Source: a virus
Strand: one strand, 5' to 3'
IMG/VR virus record: IMGVR_UViG_3300049846_002551
Location: 29,937-93,936 of that record
Length of the DNA stretch: 64,000 bases
The position numbers and the translations under genes are program-made. Below are positions 48,385 through 54,446 of this stretch, piece by piece. A model generated the notes under the pieces. It saw nothing but the letters and a program-made list of their open reading frames with translations. It was not told where the DNA came from and ran no database searches. Position 1 is the stretch's first letter; each line of letters begins with the position of its first letter.

Positions 48385-50271
48385 ATGGACATTGGTTCTC
48401 GTATTTTGTCGGACATGGTTCACTATGGTAAGTATGCCAAATACATTTACAATTTGCATCGACGCGAGTCTTATCTGGAAACACTTGAGCGGAACAAAGG
48501 GATGCATATTAGTCGATTTCCGCAACAGAAAGCACTAATTGAAGATGCGTATTCTTTAGTTGCCGAAAAGAAGATTTTACCTTCGATGCGTTCCATGCAA
48601 TTTGGTGGAAGTGCGATGTTTAAAAACCATGCACGTGGTTATAATTGTTGCTACTTACCGATTGAACATCACACCTCTTTTGCTGAAGCGATGTTTCTGT
48701 TATTGTGTGGAACTGGAGTAGGTTATTCGGTTCAACGCCATAACATAATGAACATTCCTCCGATCATGTCTCCCGGTCCATCACAACGTTATCTAATTGG
48801 AGATTCTATTGAAGGATGGGCGGATGCGGTGCGTCATTTAATGAAAGCATACTTACAAGGCGCACCACTCCCAAAGTTTGCTTATGACGACATTCGTCCA
48901 GCGGGTTCTGAGCTATCTTCTGGAGGTAAGGCTCCGGGTCCGGAGCCGCTTCGTAGAGTATTAGACCTGACGCGGGACTTGTTGGAATCTAAGCCTATTG
49001 GAAGTCGACTTACTTCATTAGATTGTCACGACATTTTGTGCTTATTATCAGAAGCAGTTTTAAGTGGTGGGATTAGGCGTTCGGCAATGATTGCGCTTTT
49101 TGATTACGATGATGCGCTTATGTTGAATTGCAAGAATCCAGAAAACTTTGAGTATCCAAGGGCCGATGGTTCTGGTGGAAAAAATGTTCAAAGAATGAGA
49201 GCTAACAATTCGGCAGTATTATTACGTTCTTTGCATAAGGAATACTTTGATAACATTTGGAAAACTGTGAGTGAGGCAGGATCAGGAGAGCCTGGAATTT
49301 TTTGGACTAACGATTTAGATTACGGAACAAATCCCTGTTGTGAGATTGCGCTTAGACCGTACTCTTTTTGTAACTTAACAGAAATTAACACTTCTAATTT
49401 GGAGGACCAGTCGGACTACGATCAACGGGCTTGGGCCGCATCGATTATTGGAACGTTGCAAGCGAGTTACACCGATTTTCATTACCTTCGACCAATTTGG
49501 CGACAAACAAGTGAAGAAGATGCGCTTTTAGGAATTGGCATGACTGGGATTGCAAGTGGCTGTGTTTTAGATTTAGACATGACGCAAGCGGCACGAGTTG
49601 CATGTGAAACTAACGAGTGGTTTTCAAAATCTATCGGTATCAATCAAGCAAAGCGTGTTACATGCGTTAAACCTTCTGGAACTACTTCACTAGTGTTGGG
49701 TTGTTCATCTGGAGTGCATGCTTGGCATGATTATTATTACATTCGAAGAGTTCGATTAGGAACTGATGAGCCGTTAGCACAATATCTCATGGTGCATCAT
49801 CCGGAAATTTTGGAGAATTCAATAGAGAAGCCTGAACGTGAAGTAATTGTTTCAGTTCCTGTTGAGGCTCCTGCCAAAGCAATTACTCGGCATCATGAGT
49901 CTCCGAACACTATTCTAGAACGAGTTAAAAAGATACACAAAGAGTGGATTACTCCGGGTCATCGAGAAGGTGCGAATCAACATAACGTTTCATGCACCGT
50001 TAGTATCAAATCTGGTGAATGGCGTGAGGTTGGGGATTGGATGTGGGAGAATAGAGCGCACTACACGGGTTTGTCGTGCTTTCCATTTTGGGGTTCAGAT
50101 AGTCTGCATGTTCAGGCCCCTTTTGAAACTATTACTGTTGACGATTACCGACAACGAGTTGCGGTTCTTAAAGATATTGATTTAACGAGTATCGTTGAAT
50201 CGACTAATGCGATTGAACATGAAGCGGAAAGTGCTTGTGCTGGTGGCGCATGTATGGTTACACGAATGTGA
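48385..50271 (+). CDS. nrdJ: Class II (B12-dependent) ribonucleotide reductase
   Basis: YNCC, GTGVGYSV, GGIRRSA, NPCCEI, CNLTEI, KPSGTTS, C-terminal CAGGAC; AAGGAG upstream of ATG 48385; no nrdB nearby. Confidence 0.9.
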   Translation: MDIGSRILSDMVHYGKYAKYIYNLHRRESYLETLERNKGMHISRFPQQKALIEDAYSLVAEKKILPSMRSMQFGGSAMFKNHARGYNCCYLPIEHHTSFAEAMFLLLCGTGVGYSVQRHNIMNIPPIMSPGPSQRYLIGDSIEGWADAVRHLMKAYLQGAPLPKFAYDDIRPAGSELSSGGKAPGPEPLRRVLDLTRDLLESKPIGSRLTSLDCHDILCLLSEAVLSGGIRRSAMIALFDYDDALMLNCKNPENFEYPRADGSGGKNVQRMRANNSAVLLRSLHKEYFDNIWKTVSEAGSGEPGIFWTNDLDYGTNPCCEIALRPYSFCNLTEINTSNLEDQSDYDQRAWAASIIGTLQASYTDFHYLRPIWRQTSEEDALLGIGMTGIASGCVLDLDMTQAARVACETNEWFSKSIGINQAKRVTCVKPSGTTSLVLGCSSGVHAWHDYYYIRRVRLGTDEPLAQYLMVHHPEILENSIEKPEREVIVSVPVEAPAKAITRHHESPNTILERVKKIHKEWITPGHREGANQHNVSCTVSIKSGEWREVGDWMWENRAHYTGLSCFPFWGSDSLHVQAPFETITVDDYRQRVAVLKDIDLTSIVESTNAIEHEAESACAGGACMVTRM

Positions 50272-50309
50272 AAATTACCTATCAGTAAATATTATGGGAT
50301 AATAGAAAC

Positions 50310-50534
50310 ATGAGCAAGGAATACCCAAACGCTTCGATTCCAAAATTAACTAAAACTGAAATGCGGGTAATGGAAAATATTGCTAAAGGTCTAACTTCTC
50401 AGCAAGTGGCAGATGCATTAGCTTTGAGTAAACGAACTGTGGATTTTCATTTGGGAAATATCTATAGTAAGTTCGACGTTTCGAATCGAGTGCAAGCGAC
50501 CAACAAAGCAAGAGCATTAGGGTTAATTGAGTAA
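50310..50534 (+). CDS. Stand-alone LuxR/GerE-type HTH regulator
   Basis: LTKTE...IAKGLTSQQVADAL.LSKRTVDFHLGNIYSKF.V.NRVQA. Confidence 0.9.
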   Translation: MSKEYPNASIPKLTKTEMRVMENIAKGLTSQQVADALALSKRTVDFHLGNIYSKFDVSNRVQATNKARALGLIE

Positions 50535-50779
50535 TGCAAGAAGTGATTGAAGCGTTGCGTAAGGATGAGCATGTTGTGCAAATCAACAATACGCCATATG
50601 ATGTTTTTATACATAGAGAGGATTGCTCGTCTGATGAAGAGAACAACGCACGGTTTACTGCCAAGCATGTGTATCAATTAGTCCTGAAACCTGTTGTAGG
50701 TGGTCAATCGTTTTCGTTTTATGGAGATACGAAAGAAGTTTGTTACGATCACCTCTTAGCATTTTTTACGGAGGTGTAA
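50534..50779 (+). CDS. Hypothetical protein
   Basis: TAATG-coupled ORF. Confidence 0.55.
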   Translation: MQEVIEALRKDEHVVQINNTPYDVFIHREDCSSDEENNARFTAKHVYQLVLKPVVGGQSFSFYGDTKEVCYDHLLAFFTEV

Positions 50780-50780
50780 T

Positions 50781-51056
50781 GTGCGAACTGCCCATCAACC
50801 TGATGAAAGTCAGCCCCTTAACCTCAGTTCGGATGCGCTTCAATACTTGGGTGCGTTAAAAGAGTGCCATGAAGCCTTGATTGAAACGCTAGATGTCACA
50901 GATGAGATAATCAAGTTGGTAAAAGACTTTTTGGAGGGAGATGCTATAGATTCTCAGGACGTGTTGTTGTTATGCGAACGTTATGAGGTCATGTCGGCTT
51001 CCACAAGACAAAATTTTGAAATTTCAAAGTCCCCCCTTGACAAAACTACCCTTTAG
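50781..51056 (+). CDS. Hypothetical protein
   Basis: GGAGG RBS, acidic helical ORF. Confidence 0.55.
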   Translation: MRTAHQPDESQPLNLSSDALQYLGALKECHEALIETLDVTDEIIKLVKDFLEGDAIDSQDVLLLCERYEVMSASTRQNFEISKSPLDKTTL

Positions 51057-51067
51057 GGTGGTACAAT
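51037..51067 (+). promoter_or_regulatory. TTGACA-AAACTAC promoter copy 1
   Basis: TTGACA-19 nt-TACAAT with extended TG. Confidence 0.75.
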
Positions 51068-51093
51068 GATTTTGTTATCGAGTGGAAACCAAT

Positions 51094-51192
51094 AAGAGAG
51101 GCGGCGCACAGCGATAACGCTAGATTCAATGTCTGGTGGGTTTTGAGTGCTTTTCAAGTGGGATGAATAGGCTGTGCGTTGACTCTCTTTTT
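51094..51192 (+). ncRNA. Candidate small RNA (long closing stem, U-tail)
   Basis: AAGAGAG-G-CGGCGCACAGC ... GCTGTGCGTTG-A-CTCTCTT-TTT just downstream of promoter; no ORF. Confidence 0.5.
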
Positions 51193-51248
51193 GTATGGTT
51201 TGCAAAAACATGGTAAAACTGTAGGGACGTTCGAAGTAGGAGAGAATA

Positions 51249-51440
51249 ATGCAATTTTATGATGTTCGCACTCGACAACATGTTGATATTCCCGACGAAA
51301 ACTGCGAAAAGGTAGTTTTTGCTAAAGGAACCAGTAAAGAACGATATGCCTTTAAAGGGGTAACTCCGGCAGGTAACAAGGTGATGAAGTTTTGCTCGAA
51401 AACGGATTACGACGCTTCGACTTTGAAAGAAGGCGCGTAA
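51249..51440 (+). CDS. Small basic beta-sheet protein resembling CC1-type chromatin proteins
   Basis: MQFYDVRTRQHV...RYAFKG.TP.G.KV.KF pattern; AGGAG RBS. Confidence 0.55.
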   Translation: MQFYDVRTRQHVDIPDENCEKVVFAKGTSKERYAFKGVTPAGNKVMKFCSKTDYDASTLKEGA

Positions 51441-51445
51441 GTAGG

Positions 51446-51467
51446 TTTGTACATTGACAATTGAATA
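51446..51467 (+). promoter_or_regulatory. rrn boxA-like antitermination/leader motif
   Basis: TTTGTACATTGACAATTGAATA resembles boxA-containing rRNA spacer sequences; directly precedes giant ncRNA. Confidence 0.4.
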
Positions 51468-51480
51468 ACAAGTTTACGAT

Positions 51481-52398
51481 TTGGTCAGAACTAAACGCTA
51501 GTCGTTTGTAGTACGACCAAAAACACGGTGGTATAGCATCGTTAGATAGGGCATCGAGAGATGTGGAAAGGGATCAGGTTCTTCATACCCCCCGCTACTC
51601 CTTAAAAAGAGTAGTCATCTATGCAAGCTCAGTTGCTGTAAGCTTCAGGACCGAAAGGTATTGGAACTATACTGGTAATTGTGAAATCGAAACGTTTTAA
51701 GAAGCACGGGGGTGACACTATCGACTTCTTGGAGCCATCGGAGTAGCGTCTGATAAAGGTTTCATGCAAAGCAATGACAGTTAAGCGACGAAGAGTAGTG
51801 TTAGTGCTTGAGTTCAGTCGTGAATAAAAGCGTTAATGCAGGTGAGCGTGGAGAGCTACGCAGAAAGCGTAGCTGGAAACGTTAAATCAGACGAGTAACG
51901 TATAACGACCGTGAAAGTTAATAAGCGGTGTGTCGTATTTCTATCTTCAAAAGAGACTGAAGCGGCGGCGCACACACATCGTTATGAAGTTGCATATAGC
52001 TCAATGGTAGAGCAACGCCATGCTAGGGCGTAGGTTGCTGGTTCAAGTCCAGTTAAGCTACAAAAAAACGCACAAGTTGTGCGCCACATGATGACGACAA
52101 TTGGCCTCTGTCCTTAATCTTAGAGATGTAAGGAGCAGGAAGTCTCGCAAGGATAACCTGTAGTGTGACGAGGAACGACATAAACTCTTAGCGGGGTTGA
52201 ATTGCTGATAATAAGGCAAGTGGCAAGTACAGATTGCACAGTAGTCTCATGGTGACTGGGAAAGCATGTCCAGTATAAAAAATGCGGTCAGGCAGTCGGA
52301 CCATTCGCAAGGATGGTGGATAAGTTGGCAACAAGTATTGCAAATACTTGGTACTCCAATATAAAGCGACTGAGTATCAGGAGTAGTCTCGTCCTGTG
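51481..52398 (+). ncRNA. GOLLD-like giant non-coding RNA
   Basis: No credible ORF, dense hairpins; contains motifs I recall from GOLLD 3' domains (CGTATT...TCAAAAG...GAAGCG; AGTCTCGCAAGGATAA; TTAGCGGGGTT); embedded tRNA-like domain; ends approximate. Confidence 0.75.
51990..52061 (+). tRNA. Pseudo-tRNA (anticodon GCT) embedded in GOLLD-like RNA
   Basis: D arm GCTC-AATGGTA-GAGC, AC arm ACGCC-ATGCTAG-GGCGT, T arm GCTGG-TTCAAGT-CCAGT; two acceptor mismatches, no CCA, short variable loop. Confidence 0.7.
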
Positions 52399-52404
52399 AG
52401 TAAT

Positions 52405-52517
52405 ATGTATTGATGGTTAACACCGTAGCTGAAAGGTAGCGGGAATGGTGTGCGGACCTACGGAGCAATCTAGGGTTCGCATTCCTCCAGGGTGTGAATC
52501 CCAAACCATCAGTACAT
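52405..52517 (+). ncRNA. Unnamed structured RNA A
   Basis: 14-bp closing stem ATGTATTGATGGTT/AACCATCAGTACAT; internal stems; GGAAT/ATTCC possible pseudoknot; T-loop-like GGG-TGTGAAT-CCC. Confidence 0.65.
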
Positions 52518-52587
52518 TTTCAAATTTTGAATTTTCAAAGCTAATTTCTAAAAACTCGAATATGAAAATGATCGAAAATTTTTTAAG

Positions 52588-52796
52588 GTCGTGCGCGTAT
52601 ATGGGTTTTTTGGCTGAAAACGAGTTAGTCTCTGGGGTCATTTTAAGGAGTCCATAGCACCTTACTTTGGGAGATGGTGACGCGATACCCATGTAACGTC
52701 ATCTGAGGAAACCAGCCTGAATAACCAAGCTAATGAACACGAGTCCCTAGCAACGCTGGTGAAAGAGAAAACGTGTGACACTCCGGAGAGACGGAG
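52588..52796 (+). ncRNA. Unnamed structured RNA B ending in GTGACA-stem-GAGAGA module
   Basis: TATATGGGT/ACCCATGTA and other stems; CTCCG-GAGAGA-CGGAG followed by ATTTT. Confidence 0.5.
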
Positions 52797-52800
52797 ATTT

Positions 52801-52959
52801 TGTTACTCCATATGTGAATTACCATTTGGTTACTCGAAAGGGTAAGTGTGGTTCCAGTACAACAGACCAAGAAGATGCTGGCGGAAGCGACGATTATGTA
52901 ATTGCGGTGACCCGAACCAAAAGCGTCGTGAACAGGTGACATCCCCGGAAAGACGGGGG
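52801..52959 (+). ncRNA. Unnamed structured RNA C ending in GTGACA-stem-GAAAGA module
   Basis: TGTTACT/GGTGACA closing stem; TTACTC-GAAA-GGGTAA hairpin; TCCCCG-GAAAGA-CGGGGG. Confidence 0.5.
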
Positions 52960-52963
52960 CCGA

Positions 52964-53178
52964 TTTAGTTATAGGGTCGTAATCCGACATTGCTGTTGCT
53001 CGGCGGCAAAATCATGAGCGAACTAAAGAAATGGTGAAACACGCAGTAGGTAGTCGCTACTGATATGATGTTAGCAATAACATTGAAAATCCCCCAGCCG
53101 GAGGGGTCAGACTTAAAAAGGAATAGCGCAATTCTTCCCTAACCCGGACTCTAACCTGAGATGACTGGCAAAGTGCCA
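52964..53178 (+). ncRNA. Unnamed structured RNA D
   Basis: TTTAGTT/AACTAAA, GTCG/CGAC, TTGCTGT/GCGGCAA, CAGTAG/CTACTG, TGTTA-GCAA-TAACA stems; no credible ORF. Confidence 0.45.
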
Positions 53179-53250
53179 ATCCCCGGAACAAGCGGTGCAA
53201 CGAAGAGATAGCTACTCGGATACGTCGAAAGTTCGTACTTGCCGGGGATT
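53178..53250 (+). ncRNA. Unnamed 73-nt structured RNA E abutting tRNA-Glu
   Basis: AATCCCCGG/CCGGGGATT 9-bp closing stem plus CAAG/CTTG. Confidence 0.5.
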
Positions 53251-53253
53251 TTT

Positions 53254-53328
53254 GGCCTCTTGGTCTATCGGTTATGATCTCCGGCTTTCTACCGGAAGAG
53301 ACGGGTTCGACTCCCGTAGAGGCTACCA
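53254..53328 (+). tRNA. tRNA-Glu(TTC)
   Basis: GGCCTCT/AGAGGCT acceptor, TCCGG-CTTTCTA-CCGGA anticodon arm, GGTTCGACTCC T arm, encoded CCA. Confidence 0.93.
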
Positions 53329-53355
53329 AAACTTTACTGGTGGTAGAATTCTTGT

Positions 53356-53916
53356 ATGGCTAATGATCAAAAACCGTGGCGTAACAAGATTCCCATTCCT
53401 TACAAAGGCATTAACACTAGATATTCCCCTGCCCGTGTTAGTACAATGAAAGCCGTATTCGGAAGTCCAGTTGGTAAATTGACCAATGACTGTAACGAAG
53501 ATGCTATATCTCCAAAGATTGCGAAACGGATTAAGACCAGAAAAATCGGCAAGTGGAAGTTTCGAGGTCTTGATCTGTTTCTTGATGTAATTGAACAAGT
53601 TTTTGCCGAGTATGCGGTGAAATATCCGGATGCCTACAACGATCTTCATCAAGAAGGCATGCTTTGTGTTCGTTTAGTTCGCGGCAGTAAGTCGCAACCA
53701 AGCAATCATTCTTGGGGTACGGCAGTTGACTTAGGGTTTGGAGATGCCGTTGACAGTCGAGGCGATGGCTTTTGTTTTAAAGGGATGCTCGACCTGTATG
53801 CTATCGCTAAAAAATATAAGCTTTTTTGGGGTGCATCCTTTAGCACCGAAGATGCAATGCATTTTGAGGCTTCAGAGCAGTTGGTTCGGGAGTGGTCGGA
53901 AACAGGCTTAATTTAA
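53356..53916 (+). CDS. M15-family peptidoglycan peptidase (endolysin)
   Basis: R...SNHSWGTAVD...WG..F...DAMHFE. Confidence 0.85.
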   Translation: MANDQKPWRNKIPIPYKGINTRYSPARVSTMKAVFGSPVGKLTNDCNEDAISPKIAKRIKTRKIGKWKFRGLDLFLDVIEQVFAEYAVKYPDAYNDLHQEGMLCVRLVRGSKSQPSNHSWGTAVDLGFGDAVDSRGDGFCFKGMLDLYAIAKKYKLFWGASFSTEDAMHFEASEQLVREWSETGLI

Positions 53917-53920
53917 GTAT

Positions 53921-53951
53921 TTGACAAAACTACTCTTAATGGTGGTATAGT
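53921..53951 (+). promoter_or_regulatory. TTGACA-AAACTAC promoter copy 2
   Basis: TTGACA-19 nt-TATAGT. Confidence 0.75.
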
Positions 53952-53971
53952 ACTTGTGTTGAGGTGATGTA

Positions 53972-54133
53972 ATGACAGTCCTGATTTTGTTGGTTTTGAT
54001 TCTGTTGGTTAAGAAACTGATTTATGCGGAGTCTATCACGCGGGGCATGTATATCCCGCGTGAAGCTACTTCCACTTATATTGATCCTGAAATTGTAAAA
54101 GCAGAAAAAGCTTTACGTAAACGTTTAGGGTGA
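53972..54133 (+). CDS. Small membrane-anchored protein (53 aa)
   Basis: GAGGTG RBS; MTVLILLVLILLVKKLIYAES...RKRLG*; below ORF-track length cutoff. Confidence 0.6.
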   Translation: MTVLILLVLILLVKKLIYAESITRGMYIPREATSTYIDPEIVKAEKALRKRLG

Positions 54134-54354
54134 TGAAGTCGGAAGAGCAACAACAAATCATTGTATTTGTTGTTTCTTTGCGAAATGTGGTTGAGATGAC
54201 TCAAGCGGAGTTTGCTGACACGTTAGGCGTTAGTCGGTCTTACATTTCTGCGCTGGAAAGCGGGTTTAGACCGATTAACGTTTCATTTCTAATTGCAGTC
54301 AGAAAGCGGTTTGGCATTTCCATTGATGCGCTTTTTGACGGATTGAATTTTTAA
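54133..54354 (+). CDS. XRE/Cro-type HTH regulator
   Basis: LR....MTQAEFADTLGVSRSYISALESG. Confidence 0.88.
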   Translation: MKSEEQQQIIVFVVSLRNVVEMTQAEFADTLGVSRSYISALESGFRPINVSFLIAVRKRFGISIDALFDGLNF

Positions 54355-54374
54355 ACATTTTTCTGATATATCGG

Positions 54375-54404
54375 TTGACAAAACTACTTTGTACCAGGTA
54401 TAAT
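54375..54404 (+). promoter_or_regulatory. TTGACA-AAACTAC promoter copy 3
   Basis: TTGACA-18 nt-TATAAT. Confidence 0.8.
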
Positions 54405-54446
54405 TGCGTTAGGGGTATAAACCCACGACTGGAGGAATTGTAACAA

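Noticed and set aside
51454-51480. TTGACA...TACGAT as promoter of the giant RNA
   Set aside because: Spacer is only 15 nt and lacks AAACTAC; better read as boxA-like, though not excluded.
53044-53092. Hammerhead ribozyme (CTGATA...GAAA)
   Set aside because: Core reads CTGATAT rather than CTGANGA, and I found no stem III or cleavage triplet.
52588-53178. Group I intron or ROOL RNA
   Set aside because: No interrupted host gene or P7 motifs, and no ROOL motifs recognisable to me; a covariance search is needed to exclude them fully.
53329-53355. Theta/HDV-like ribozyme after tRNA-Glu
   Set aside because: Only 27 nt lie before the endolysin ATG, occupied by a -10 box; the tRNA already encodes CCA.
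52247-53449. Short ORFs across the RNA island (52247-, 52417-, 52445+, 52730-, 53057-, 53195+)
   Set aside because: They overlap tRNA and structured RNA and have no RBS or protein-like motifs; chance ORFs.
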